Of a stretch of 64,000 nt of DNA, positions 37,959-54,632 are shown one piece after another. Every line of letters starts with the position of its first letter. The first letter of the stretch is position 1. The notes under the pieces are model-generated. The model searched no databases. It was not told the origin of the DNA and saw only the letters and a program-made list of their open reading frames with translations. The DNA lies in NCBI RefSeq assembly GCF_054482595.1, contig NZ_CM137008.1; one strand, given 5' to 3'. A program made the position numbers and the translations under genes.

Positions 37959-38783
37959 ATGGTCGCACCCATTCCCGCGAAACGCGGCAGAAAACCCGCC
38001 GTTGCCACCGCACCAGCGACTGGACAGGTTCAGTCTTTAACGCGTGGCCTGAAATTACTGGAGTGGATTGCCGAATCCAATGGCAGTGTGGCACTCACAG
38101 AGCTGGCGCAACAAGCCGGGTTACCCAATTCCACGACCCACCGCCTGCTAACCACGATGCAACAGCAGGGTTTCGTGCGTCAGGTCGGCGAACTGGGACA
38201 TTGGGCAATCGGCGCACATGCCTTTATGGTCGGCAGCAGCTTTCTCCAGAGCCGTAATTTGTTAGCGATTGTTCACCCTATCCTGCGCAATTTAATGGAA
38301 GAGTCTGGCGAAACGGTCAATATGGCGGTGCTTGATCAAAGCGATCACGAAGCGATTATTATCGACCAGGTACAGTGTACGCATCTGATGCGAATGTCCG
38401 CGCCTATCGGCGGTAAATTGCCGATGCACGCTTCCGGTGCGGGTAAAGCCTTTTTAGCCCAACTGAGCGAAGAACAGGTGACGAAGCTGCTGCACCGCAA
38501 AGGGTTACATGCCTATACCCACGCAACGCTGGTGTCTCCTGTGCATTTAAAAGAAGATCTCGCCCAAACGCGCAAACGGGGTTATTCATTTGACGATGAG
38601 GAACATGCACTGGGGCTACGTTGCCTTGCAGCGTGTATTTTCGATGAGCACCGCGAACCGTTTGCCGCAATTTCAATTTCCGGACCGATTTCACGCATTA
38701 CCGATGACCGCGTGACCGAGTTTGGCGCGATGGTGATTAAAGCGGCGAAGGAAGTGACGCTGGCGTACGGTGGAATGCGCTGA
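37959..38783 (+). CDS. iclR: Glyoxylate-shunt repressor
   Basis: IclR N-terminus MVAPIPAKRGRKPAV at codon 14 of the track ORF (ATG 37959, AAGGAGG ribosome-binding site); 274 aa; divergent from metH. Confidence 0.95.
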   Translation: MVAPIPAKRGRKPAVATAPATGQVQSLTRGLKLLEWIAESNGSVALTELAQQAGLPNSTTHRLLTTMQQQGFVRQVGELGHWAIGAHAFMVGSSFLQSRNLLAIVHPILRNLMEESGETVNMAVLDQSDHEAIIIDQVQCTHLMRMSAPIGGKLPMHASGAGKAFLAQLSEEQVTKLLHRKGLHAYTHATLVSPVHLKEDLAQTRKRGYSFDDEEHALGLRCLAACIFDEHREPFAAISISGPISRITDDRVTEFGAMVIKAAKEVTLAYGGMR

Positions 38784-39099
38784 CTTTTTCTGGCGGGCAG
38801 AGGCAATATTCTGCCCATCATACCTGAGTGGCAATAGAATAAGGGTGTCTGTTAATCGCATTGACGCCAAAATAACTTAATGTCATACACTTCACACACT
38901 TTTATTAACTCAGCATTATTTTTAAACATCAAACCACTTAATCATTAACAAAATCGCAAGATCTCATTCCACCGAAACTTTTACGGCTGCATTATGAGAT
39001 TGAGCGATTTATGATATTTCTTTACTTGTAATCATATTAAATTTTTTCACTGTTCTGATAGTTAAAATTCAAGACATCAATAAACAATGAGATATTTAA

Positions 39100-40316
39100 A
39101 TGATTACTCGTATCCCTCGTAGTTCTTTCTCTGCAAATATTAATAATACAGCCCAGACAAATGAACACCAAACCCTGAGTGAATTGTTTTATAAAGAACT
39201 CGAGGATAAATTTTCTGGCAAGGAGCTGGCGACGCCTCTATTAAAAAGCTTCTCAGAGAACTGTAGACAAAATGGTCGTCATATCTTTAGCAACAAGGAT
39301 TTTGTCATTAAATTTTCCACGTCCGTCTTACAAGCTGATAAGAAAGAAATTACGATAATTAATAAAAATGAAAACACGACACTCACTCAAACCATTGCTC
39401 CAATATTTGAAGAATACCTAATGGAAATTTTACCTCAACGCTCAGACACTCTTGATAAACAAGAATTAAACCTAAACTCAGTTAGAAAAGAAAAAGAATT
39501 CCCAAGAGTTAAACTTAATGATCAATGTTATTTTCCGGGGCGCCCCCAAAACCGTATAGTATGCCGACACATTGCTGCACAATATATTAATGATATTTAT
39601 CAGAATGTTGATTACAAACCCCATCAAGATGATTACTCTTCAGCTGAAAAATTTCTCACGCACTTCAACAAAAAATGCAAAAACCAGACTTTGGCGTTGG
39701 TTTCCAGCCGTCCTGAGGGGCGTTGCGTTGCTGCCTGCGGTGATTTCGGGCTAGTTATGAAAGCATATTTTGACAAGATGGAATCAAATGGCATCAGTGT
39801 TATGGCAGCCATATTACTGGTGGATAACCATGCTTTGACGGTCCGGCTAAGAATAAAGAACACAACTGAAGGATGTACCCATTACGTGGTTTCGGTTTAT
39901 GATCCTAATGTCACTAACGATAAAATAAGAATTATGAGCGAAAGCAAAGAGGATATTAAACACTATTCTCTGATGGATTTTATGAATGTAGATTATAGCC
40001 TCCTGAAATGGTCAAATGATCATATTATTAACCAATCTGTTGCAATAATTCCAGCACTTCCGAAAGAACAGCTATTGATGTTAAAAGGATCTGTGGATGA
40101 AATAACCCCTCCATTATCACCTGCAACGATGAATTTGCTAATGGCAATTGGTCAGAATCACCAACTTACGCAACTGATGATTCAACTCCAGAAAATGCCA
40201 GAACTACATAGAACAGAAATGTTGACTGCCTATAATAGTGGACATATGAACGTTATTAATACTATTTTTAACGCATTACCCACTCTTTTTAATACGTTTA
40301 AATTCGATAAAAAAAT

Positions 40317-40320
<4 letters not shown>
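39100..40320 (+). pseudogene. arpA: Ankyrin-repeat protein gene, N-terminal 406-codon segment (ShET2-like), frame-interrupted
   Basis: Low-GC ORF in the iclR-aceK interval where arpA sits in K-12; stops at a TGA that overlaps the ATG of the next ORF inside an A7 run. Confidence 0.6.
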
Positions 40321-42378
<2,058 letters not shown>

Positions 42379-42406
42379 TTAGCGCCCTCATCAGGAGCAG
42401 AGAATT

Positions 42407-42540
42407 GCCGGATGCGGCGTAAACGCCTTATCCAGCCTACGTTCGGCAACGGTTGTAGGCATGATAAGACGCGCAAGCGTCGCATCAGGCATCGTGCACC
42501 GATTGCCGGATGCGGCGTAAATGCCTTATCCGGCCTACAG
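42407..42540. repeat. REP/BIME cluster between aceA and aceK
   Basis: Three or four REP palindromes (TGCCGGATGCGGCGTAAACGCCTTATCCAGCCTAC...). Confidence 0.75.
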
Positions 42541-42560
42541 TCAGCAACGGTTGTTGTTGC

Positions 42561-43865
42561 TTAGAACTGCGATTCTTCAGTGGAGCCGGTCAGCGCGGTG
42601 ACTGAAGACGTGCCGCCCTGAATAATAGTCGTCACTTTATCGAAGTAACCTGTACCCACTTCCTGCTGGTGAGATACGAAGGTATAGCCATCTTTCGCGG
42701 CGGCAAATTCCGGCTGCTGCACTTTCTCAACGTAGTGCTTCATACCCTCGCCCTGGGCATAGGCGTTTGCCAGGTCAAACATGTTGAACCACATGCTGTG
42801 GATACCTGCCAGGGTGATGAACTGGAACTTGTAGCCCATATCCGACAGCTGCTGCTGGAAGCTGGCAATAGTTTTGTCGTCGAGGTTTTTCTGCCAGTTG
42901 AACGACGGCGAGCAGTTATAAGCCAGCAGTTTGCCCGGATATTTCGCGTGGATAGCTTGTGCAAAGCGACGCGCCAGTTCCAGATCCGGCGTGGAGGTTT
43001 CACACCAGACCAGGTCAGCATATGGCGCATACGCCAGGCCACGGCTGATCGCTTGCTCAATGCCCGCATGAGTACGGAAGAAGCCTTCACTGGTACGCTC
43101 GCCAGTAATAAATTCACTGTCATACGGGTCGCAATCGGAGGTAATCAGATCCGCCGCATCGGCATCGGTACGAGCAACCAGCAGGGTTGGAACGCCCGTC
43201 ACGTCAGCTGCAAGACGCGCCGCGACCAGTTTCTGAATAGCTTCCTGAGTTGGCACCAAAACTTTGCCGCCCATGTGACCGCATTTCTTCACTGACGCCA
43301 GCTGATCTTCGAAGTGAACTGCCGCTGCACCGGCTTCAATCATCGCTTTCATCAGTTCAAAGGCATTCAGGACACCGCCAAAACCGGCTTCCGCATCGGC
43401 AACGATCGGCAGGAAGTAATCGACATAGCGCGGATCGCCCGGCTCAATGCCTGCGGACCATTGGATCTGATCGGCACGACGGAAGGTGTTGTTGATCCGC
43501 TCCACCACAGCTGGCACCGAGTTTGCCGGATAGAGCGACTGATCCGGATACATGCTGGCCGCCAGGTTAGCGTCCGCCGCTACCTGCCATCCCGACAGAT
43601 AGACTGCTTCAATACCCGCTTTCGCCTGTTGCAGCGCCTGACCGCCAGTCAGTGCACCGAGGCTGTTGATGTAGCCTTTTTTCGACTCGCCATGCAGCAG
43701 ACGCCACATTTTCGCCGCGCCCAGTTGCGCCAGGGTGCATTCAGGATTGACTGAACCGCGTAATTTCACCACATCTTCCGCGCTGTATGGGCGAGTAATG
43801 CCTTCCCAACGCGGTTGAGTCCACTCTTTCTGTAATTCTTCAATTTGTTGTGTACGGGTTTTCAT
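42561..43865 (-). CDS. aceA: Isocitrate lyase
   Basis: AceA start [15 protein letters not shown] at codon 6 of the track ORF gives 434 aa; catalytic KKCGH motif. Confidence 0.97.
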   Translation of the reverse strand: MKTRTQQIEELQKEWTQPRWEGITRPYSAEDVVKLRGSVNPECTLAQLGAAKMWRLLHGESKKGYINSLGALTGGQALQQAKAGIEAVYLSGWQVAADANLAASMYPDQSLYPANSVPAVVERINNTFRRADQIQWSAGIEPGDPRYVDYFLPIVADAEAGFGGVLNAFELMKAMIEAGAAAVHFEDQLASVKKCGHMGGKVLVPTQEAIQKLVAARLAADVTGVPTLLVARTDADAADLITSDCDPYDSEFITGERTSEGFFRTHAGIEQAISRGLAYAPYADLVWCETSTPDLELARRFAQAIHAKYPGKLLAYNCSPSFNWQKNLDDKTIASFQQQLSDMGYKFQFITLAGIHSMWFNMFDLANAYAQGEGMKHYVEKVQQPEFAAAKDGYTFVSHQQEVGTGYFDKVTTIIQGGTSSVTALTGSTEESQF

Positions 43866-43894
43866 GTGCAGATGCTCCATAGTTATGTGGTGGT

Positions 43895-45496
43895 TTACGC
43901 TAACAGGCGGTAGCCTGGCAGGGTCAGGAAATCAATTAACTCATCGGAAGTGGTGATCTGTTCCATCAAGCGTGCGGCATCGTCAAAACGCCCCTGGGAG
44001 AAACGTTCTTCGCCCAGTTCGCTGGCAATGACTTTCATCTCTTCACCCAGCATCTGGCGGAACAAGGCTTTGGTCACCGGTTTGCCATTGCTCAACGTTT
44101 TTTGATGATGGATCCACTGCCAGATTGAGGTACGGGAAATTTCAGCCGTCGCCGCATCTTCCATCAGGCCATAAATCGGCACGCAGCCGTTGCCGGAGAT
44201 CCATGCTTCGATGTACTGCACTGCCACGCGAATGTTGGCGCGCATACCTTCTTCGGTGCGTTCACCATCACAAGGTGCCAGCAGCTGATCGGCAGTAATC
44301 GGCGCGTCTTGTTCGCGCATCACTTCAAGCTGATTTTTACGGGAGCCGAGAATGTCGTTGAATACCGCCATTGCCGTATCCGCAAGGCCTGGGTGAGCAA
44401 TCCATGTGCCATCGTGACCGTTATTGGCTTCCAGCGCTTTATCCGCTTTTACTTTGTTGAGCACCTGGTTATTGCGCTCTTCATCTTTGCTCGGAATAAA
44501 CGCTGCCATGCCGCCCATCGCAAAAGCACCGCGTTTATGGCAGGTTTTAATCAACAGGCGTGAGTAAGCATTCAGGAATGGTTTATCCATCGTCACTGCC
44601 TGTCTGTCTGGCAGGACGCGATCGGGATAGTTTTTCAACGTTTTGATATAGCTGAAGATGTAATCCCAACGACCGCAGTTCAGACCAACAATATGGTCAC
44701 GCAGCGCGTGAAGGATTTCATCCATCTGGAACACGGCGGGCAGCGTTTCAATCAGCAACGTCGCCTTGATGGTGCCGCGCGGCAGATTAAAGCGATCTTC
44801 TGCATAGCTGAAGACTTCGCTCCACCAGGCCGCTTCCTGCCAGGACTGGGTTTTCGGCAGATAGAAATAGGGACCGCTGCCCTTTGCCAACAGTGCCTGA
44901 TAGTTGTGGAAGAAATAGAGCGCAAAATCAAACAGGCTACCGGGGATTGCCTCACCACGCCAGGTGACATGTTTTTCCGGCAAGTGCAGACCGCGTACCC
45001 GACAAATCAAAACCGCTGGATTGGGCTTGAGCTGATAAATTTTGCCTGCTTCATTGGTATAGCTGATGGTGCCGTTAACCGCATCGCGCAGGTTAATTTG
45101 CCCGTCGATCACTTTGTTCCAGTCTGGTGCCAGTGAATCTTCGAAATCGGCCATAAAGACTTTCACATTGGCGTTCAGTGCGTTGATCACCATCTTGCGC
45201 TCAACCGGGCCAGTTATCTCGACTCGACGATCTTGTAAGTCCGCGGGAATACCACGAATTTTCCAGTCCGTATCGCGAATGGAAGCTGTTTCCGAAATAA
45301 AATCAGGCAACGTTCCGTTATCAATATCTTGCTGCTGCTGAATGCGCGCTGCCAGAAGTTTATTGCGTTGTGGCGTAAAATGCGTCACCAGCTCAGTCAG
45401 AAATTCTACCGCTTCGGCAGTAAGAATTTGCTTCTCCTGCTCGCCATACGGCCTTATGAAAGCCAGTTCATCGGTTGTTGTTGCCTGTTCAGTCAT
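43895..45496 (-). CDS. aceB: Malate synthase A
   Basis: AceB start [13 protein letters not shown] at codon 7 of the track ORF gives 533 aa. Confidence 0.97.
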   Translation of the reverse strand: MTEQATTTDELAFIRPYGEQEKQILTAEAVEFLTELVTHFTPQRNKLLAARIQQQQDIDNGTLPDFISETASIRDTDWKIRGIPADLQDRRVEITGPVERKMVINALNANVKVFMADFEDSLAPDWNKVIDGQINLRDAVNGTISYTNEAGKIYQLKPNPAVLICRVRGLHLPEKHVTWRGEAIPGSLFDFALYFFHNYQALLAKGSGPYFYLPKTQSWQEAAWWSEVFSYAEDRFNLPRGTIKATLLIETLPAVFQMDEILHALRDHIVGLNCGRWDYIFSYIKTLKNYPDRVLPDRQAVTMDKPFLNAYSRLLIKTCHKRGAFAMGGMAAFIPSKDEERNNQVLNKVKADKALEANNGHDGTWIAHPGLADTAMAVFNDILGSRKNQLEVMREQDAPITADQLLAPCDGERTEEGMRANIRVAVQYIEAWISGNGCVPIYGLMEDAATAEISRTSIWQWIHHQKTLSNGKPVTKALFRQMLGEEMKVIASELGEERFSQGRFDDAARLMEQITTSDELIDFLTLPGYRLLA

Positions 45497-45690
45497 CGTG
45501 CAGCTCCTCGTCATGGATCCGAAAACTTCCCCACTGTGAACGAAGGATCGTTGTGCGCTTTTCGTTCAGCACAACTAAGACTACTCATTTAAAATACAAA
45601 ATCAAAAACAATTTCCATTTTAATTAAAAATACTTGATAACTTATTGATAACAATATGAATAAAATTTATTCACCTCCTGAGGTGCGTTT
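45497..45690 (-). promoter_or_regulatory. aceBAK promoter region (AT-rich; expected IclR/IHF sites)
   Basis: Very AT-rich 5' region directly upstream of aceB; individual sites not resolved by eye. Confidence 0.4.
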
Positions 45691-45695
45691 CGGAA

Positions 45696-45720
45696 ATAAA
45701 AAAGGCACCCGAAGGTGCCT
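45696..45720 (-). terminator. Intrinsic terminator downstream of metA
   Basis: AGGCACC-CGAA-GGTGCCT hairpin with a T-run on the - strand (A-run at 45698-45702 on +). Confidence 0.65.
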
Positions 45721-45764
45721 GAGGTAAGGTGCTGAATCGCTTAACGATCGACTATCACAGAAGA

Positions 45765-46694
45765 TTAATCCAGCGTTGGATTCATGTGCCGTAGATCGTA
45801 TGGCGTGATCTGATAGACGTAATAGTTGAGCCAGTTGGTAAACAGCAAATTACCGTGACTACGCCAGCTCGCTCGCGGTGTATTTTGCGGATCATTGTGC
45901 GGGAAATAGTTATACGGTACTTCCGGGCCTAGTCCGGCTTCCACATCGCGGAAATATTCCTGCGCCAGCGTTTGCGCATCATATTCGGGATGGCCCGTCA
46001 CAAAGGCAATGCGCTTATCTTTGCTGGCAAACAGATATGCATCCCCTTCTTCCGTCTCTGCCAGAATTTCCAGATCGGTGTAATCACGAATCAACGCTGC
46101 CGGAAAGTCAGCATAGCGCGAATGTGGTGCCAGGAATGAATCATCAAAGCCACGCGTCAGAAGCGCATGAGGATGGAGAATATGATGCTCGTAAACGCCA
46201 GAGAGTTTGTCGGTGCGAGTTTGCTTAGGAATGCCGTAGAGGATATTGAGCGCGGCCTGTACCGCCCAGCAGACAAACAGCGTCGAGGTGACGTGATCTT
46301 TCGACCACTCCAGCACCTGTTTGATCTGCGGCCAGTAAGCGACATCATTAAACTCCACCAGGCCCAGCGGCGCACCGGTTACAATCAGACCGTCAAAGTT
46401 CTGTTCCTGAATATCTTCAAAGTTACAGTAGAAGTTGTTCAGATGCTCTGCGGGCGTGTTGCGCGATTCACGGGAATCGATGCGCAACAGCTGAATATCG
46501 ACCTGCAAAGGTGAGTTTGAAAGCAGGCGCAGAAACTGATTTTCAGTTTCAATCTTCTTCGGCATCAGGTTAAGGATCAGAACCTTAAGTGGACGAATTT
46601 CCTGACCAGACGCACGAGAAGTTGTCATCACAAAGACGTTTTCTTCACGCAAGAAATTGACGGCGGGTAGCTCGTCCGGCACACGAATAGGCAT
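45765..46694 (-). CDS. metA: Homoserine O-succinyltransferase
   Basis: 309 aa; [28 protein letters not shown]. Confidence 0.97.
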   Translation of the reverse strand: MPIRVPDELPAVNFLREENVFVMTTSRASGQEIRPLKVLILNLMPKKIETENQFLRLLSNSPLQVDIQLLRIDSRESRNTPAEHLNNFYCNFEDIQEQNFDGLIVTGAPLGLVEFNDVAYWPQIKQVLEWSKDHVTSTLFVCWAVQAALNILYGIPKQTRTDKLSGVYEHHILHPHALLTRGFDDSFLAPHSRYADFPAALIRDYTDLEILAETEEGDAYLFASKDKRIAFVTGHPEYDAQTLAQEYFRDVEAGLGPEVPYNYFPHNDPQNTPRASWRSHGNLLFTNWLNYYVYQITPYDLRHMNPTLD

Positions 46695-46711
46695 AACCTG
46701 ATTACCTCACT

Positions 46712-46745
46712 ACATACGCTTATACGTTTAGACATCCAGATAGCT
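46712..46745 (-). promoter_or_regulatory. Putative MetJ operator (tandem met boxes) upstream of metA
   Basis: The - strand reads ..GGATGTCTAAACGTATAAGCGTATGT.., consecutive 8-bp units resembling the AGACGTCT met-box consensus. Confidence 0.45.
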
Positions 46746-46850
46746 GAAGATAACCAGAAAATTTGCCAATGTCGAGCCTGCATGTTGAAGGTGAGAAAGT
46801 TTCAAGGAAAAGGCTACGTTAGAATATAAGAATGACGAAAAGGAGAGAAA

Positions 46851-47294
46851 ATGGTTATTAGTATTCGCCGCTCACAGCATGAGGAAGGGGAGGAACTCGT
46901 TGCGATTTGGTGTCGATCTGTCGATGCCACCCACGATTTTTTATCAGCAGAGTATCGGGCCGAGCTGGAAGAGCTGGTTCGTTCCTTTCTGCCGGAAGCA
47001 CCGTTGTGGGTCGCGGTTAATGAACGGGATCAGCCGGTTGGGTTTATGTTGTTAAGTGGGCAGCATATGGATGCGCTGTTTATCGATCCTGATGTGCGCG
47101 GCTGCGGCGTGGGTCGGATGCTGGTGGAGCATGCGCTCTCGATGGCACCGGAACTGACAACCAACGTTAATGAGCAAAATGAGCAGGCGGTTGGGTTCTA
47201 TAAGAAGGTGGGTTTTAAGGTTACGGGACGCTCTGAGGTGGACGATTTGGGGAAACCGTATCCGTTGCTGAATCTGGCGTATGTGGGGGAATAA
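46851..47294 (+). CDS. yjaB: GNAT-family N-acetyltransferase
   Basis: 147 aa with acetyl-CoA-binding motif (RGCGVGRMLVEHA); divergent from metA. Confidence 0.9.
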   Translation: MVISIRRSQHEEGEELVAIWCRSVDATHDFLSAEYRAELEELVRSFLPEAPLWVAVNERDQPVGFMLLSGQHMDALFIDPDVRGCGVGRMLVEHALSMAPELTTNVNEQNEQAVGFYKKVGFKVTGRSEVDDLGKPYPLLNLAYVGE

Positions 47295-47361
47295 GCCGCC
47301 CCTGCCGTGCCTGCCCAGGCTGGAGAAGACGCGCCAGCGTCGCACCCGGCATTTTTTTCAC

Positions 47362-47393
47362 CAACGCAAAAAGGCCATCGTGACTGATGGCCT
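47362..47393 (-). terminator. rrnE operon terminator downstream of 5S rRNA
   Basis: AGGCCATC-loop-GATGGCCT hairpin followed by a T-run on the - strand, 14 nt downstream of the 5S 3' end. Confidence 0.65.
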
Positions 47394-47406
47394 TTCGCTT
47401 AATTTG

Positions 47407-47526
47407 ATGCCTGGCAGTTCCCTACTCTCGCATGGGGAGACCCCACACTACCATCGGCGCTACGGCGTTTCACTTCTGAGTTCGGCATGGGGTCAGGTGG
47501 GACCACCGCGCTAAGGCCGCCAGGCA
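47407..47526 (-). rRNA. rrfE: 5S ribosomal RNA
   Basis: 120-nt reverse-complement match to E. coli 5S rRNA (TGCCTGGCGGCC...GGAACTGCCAGGCAT). Confidence 0.98.
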
Positions 47527-47618
47527 AATTCTGTTTTATCAGACCGCTTCTGCGTTCTGATTTAATCTGTATCAGGCTGAAAATCTTCTCTCATCCGCCA
47601 AAACATCTTCGGCGTTGT

Positions 47619-50521
<2,903 letters not shown>

Positions 50522-50714
50522 TCACAACCCGAAGATGTTTCTTTCGATTCATCATCGTGTTGCGAAAATTTGAGAGACTCACGAACAACTCTCGTTGTTC
50601 AGTGTTTCAATTTTCAGCTTGATCCAGATTTTTAAAGAGCAAATATCTCAAACATCACCCGAAGATGAGTTTTGAGATATTAAGGTCGGCGACTTTCACT
50701 CACAAACCAGCAAG

Positions 50715-50790
50715 TGGCGTCCCCTAGGGGATTCGAACCCCTGTTACCGCCGTGAAAGGGCGGTGTCCTGGGCCTCTAGACGAAGGGGAC
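50715..50790 (-). tRNA. gltV: tRNA-Glu (anticodon UUC) in the 16S-23S spacer
   Basis: Reverse complement equals GTCCCCTTCGTCTAGAGGCCCAGGACACCGCCCTTTCACGGCGGTAACAGGGGTTCGAATCCCCTAGGGGACGCCA. Confidence 0.97.
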
Positions 50791-50875
50791 GTATCAGTCT
50801 GCTTCGCAAGACGCCTTGCTTTTCACTTTCTATCAGACAATCTGTGTGAGCACTTCAAAGAACGCTTCTTTAAGG

Positions 50876-52417
<1,542 letters not shown>

Positions 52418-52548
52418 AAAAGTTTGATGCTCAAAGAATTAAACTTCGTAATGAATTACGTGTTCACTCTTGAGACTTGGTATTCATTTTTCGTCTTGCG
52501 ACGTTAAGAATCCGTATCTTCGAGTGCCCACACAGATTGTCTGATAAA

Positions 52549-52561
52549 TTGTTAAAGAGCA
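52549..52561 (-). promoter_or_regulatory. rrn leader boxA antitermination element
   Basis: The - strand reads TGCTCTTTAACAA. Confidence 0.7.
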
Positions 52562-52597
52562 GTTGCGACGCGCTTTAGCGCACTGTCGCGAGGTGGC

Positions 52598-52745
52598 GTA
52601 TATTACGCTTTCCTCTTTCAGAGTCAACCCTGAATTTCAGGATTTTTCTCTTCAACCGAACCGGCTGTTTGTGTGAAGTGATTCACATCCGCCGTGTCGA
52701 TGGAGGCGCATTATAGGGAGTTCTCCGCAGGCCGCAATAGAAAAA
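52598..52745 (-). promoter_or_regulatory. rrnE tandem promoters P1 and P2
   Basis: On the - strand: P2 -35 TTGACT (52622-52627) and -10 TAATAT (52600-52605), 16-bp spacer; P1 -35 TTGCGG (52732-52737) and -10 TATAAT (52710-52715), 16-bp spacer. Confidence 0.75.
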
Positions 52746-52908
52746 TTGCAGAAAAATGACTGACTGCTGCATTCCCCAGCAAAACCCCGCTTTATACCTT
52801 TTTACGCACAGAGTTATCCACAATCATCAATGTAATTTCTGTATTTTTCCCACGGTAACCACTGTCAAAATTGTGATCACCATTGAAAGAGAAAAATTCG
52901 CGAGCGTT

Positions 52909-52924
52909 GCGCAAACGTTTTCGT
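52909..52924 (+). promoter_or_regulatory. PurR operator (pur box) of purHD
   Basis: GCGCAAACGTTTTCGT matches the 16-bp pur-box consensus; overlaps a TACAAT -10-like hexamer at 52925-52930. Confidence 0.75.
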
Positions 52925-53031
52925 TACAATGCGGGCGAAAAATAAGGATGCCCCGTTAGGGGCGTTAGCTGAGTTTTTCGCGAAAAATTCAGCTAACGCT
53001 CTCTGTAATAGTCAAATCCAGGGGATTTACC

Positions 53032-54621
53032 ATGCAACAACGTCGTCCAGTCCGCCGCGCTCTGCTCAGTGTTTCTGACAAAGCCGGTATCGTCGAATTC
53101 GCCCAGGCACTTTCCGCACGCGGTGTGGAGCTGCTGTCTACAGGGGGCACTGCCCGTCTGTTAGCAGAAAAAGGTCTGCCGGTAACCGAAGTTTCCGATT
53201 ACACCGGTTTCCCGGAGATGATGGATGGACGCGTGAAGACCCTGCATCCGAAAGTACATGGTGGCATTCTGGGCCGTCGCGGCCAGGACGATGCCATTAT
53301 GGAAGAACATCAGATCCAGCCTATCGATATGGTGGTTGTTAACCTTTATCCGTTCGCCCAGACCGTGGCCCGTGAAGGTTGCTCGCTGGAAGATGCGGTT
53401 GAGAACATCGATATCGGCGGCCCGACCATGGTGCGCTCCGCCGCTAAGAACCATAAAGATGTCGCAATCGTGGTGAAGAGCAGCGACTACGACGCCATTA
53501 TTAAAGAGATGGATGACAACGAAGGATCGCTGACGCTTGCAACCCGTTTCGACCTCGCCATCAAAGCCTTCGAACACACTGCCGCCTACGACAGCATGAT
53601 TGCCAACTACTTCGGCAGCATGGTTCCGGCGTACCACGGTGAAAGCAAAGAAGCCGCTGGTCGCTTCCCACGCACGCTGAACCTGAACTTCATTAAGAAG
53701 CAGGATATGCGTTACGGCGAGAACAGCCACCAGCAGGCTGCCTTCTATATAGAAGAGAATGTGAAAGAAGCCTCCGTTGCTACCGCAACCCAGGTTCAGG
53801 GTAAAGCCCTCTCTTATAACAACATCGCCGATACCGATGCGGCGCTGGAGTGCGTGAAAGAGTTCGCCGAGCCGGCATGTGTGATTGTGAAGCACGCCAA
53901 CCCTTGCGGTGTAGCTATCGGCAATTCCATTCTTGATGCTTACGATCGCGCGTACAAAACCGACCCAACCTCCGCATTCGGCGGCATCATTGCCTTTAAC
54001 CGCGAGCTGGATGCGGAAACCGCACAGGCCATCATTTCTCGTCAGTTTGTCGAAGTGATTATTGCGCCTTCCGCCAGCGAAGAAGCCCTGAAAATCACCG
54101 CCGCCAAGCAGAACGTACGCGTTCTGACCTGCGGTCAGTGGGGCGAGCGTGTTCCGGGTCTTGATTTCAAACGCGTGAACGGCGGTCTGCTGGTTCAGGA
54201 TCGTGACCTGGGGATGGTCGGTGCGGAAGAACTGCGCGTCGTCACCCAACGTCAGCCGACCGAACAGGAACTGCGCGATGCGCTGTTCTGCTGGAAAGTG
54301 GCGAAGTTCGTGAAATCCAATGCTATCGTCTATGCCAAAAACAATATGACCATCGGTATTGGCGCGGGCCAGATGAGCCGCGTGTACTCCGCGAAAATCG
54401 CCGGTATTAAAGCTGCTGATGAAGGCCTGGAAGTGAAAGGTTCCTCGATGGCTTCTGACGCGTTCTTCCCGTTCCGCGACGGTATTGATGCCGCCGCCGC
54501 TGCGGGCGTGACCTGCGTAATCCAGCCTGGCGGTTCCATCCGTGATGACGAAGTGATTGCCGCCGCCGACGAGCACGGTATTGCGATGCTCTTCACCGAC
54601 ATGCGCCACTTCCGCCATTAA
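53032..54621 (+). CDS. purH: Bifunctional AICAR transformylase / IMP cyclohydrolase
   Basis: 529 aa; [27 protein letters not shown]. Confidence 0.98.
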   Translation: MQQRRPVRRALLSVSDKAGIVEFAQALSARGVELLSTGGTARLLAEKGLPVTEVSDYTGFPEMMDGRVKTLHPKVHGGILGRRGQDDAIMEEHQIQPIDMVVVNLYPFAQTVAREGCSLEDAVENIDIGGPTMVRSAAKNHKDVAIVVKSSDYDAIIKEMDDNEGSLTLATRFDLAIKAFEHTAAYDSMIANYFGSMVPAYHGESKEAAGRFPRTLNLNFIKKQDMRYGENSHQQAAFYIEENVKEASVATATQVQGKALSYNNIADTDAALECVKEFAEPACVIVKHANPCGVAIGNSILDAYDRAYKTDPTSAFGGIIAFNRELDAETAQAIISRQFVEVIIAPSASEEALKITAAKQNVRVLTCGQWGERVPGLDFKRVNGGLLVQDRDLGMVGAEELRVVTQRQPTEQELRDALFCWKVAKFVKSNAIVYAKNNMTIGIGAGQMSRVYSAKIAGIKAADEGLEVKGSSMASDAFFPFRDGIDAAAAAGVTCVIQPGGSIRDDEVIAAADEHGIAMLFTDMRHFRH

Positions 54622-54632
54622 TGGAGCAATAG

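Noticed and set aside
42385-42550. Possible CRISPR-like repeat array
   Set aside because: The repeats are REP palindromes of variable spacing with no spacer-repeat periodicity and no cas genes; the same applies to the other REP clusters.
53161-54618. 485-aa antisense ORF opposite purH, and similar long antisense ORFs at 54942..55808, 56060..57025, 20001..20777, 16249..16788 and 35439..35948
   Set aside because: Each overlaps a well-supported conserved gene on the other strand; long antisense ORFs are a common artefact in GC-rich coding DNA, and they have no ribosome-binding sites or recognisable domains.
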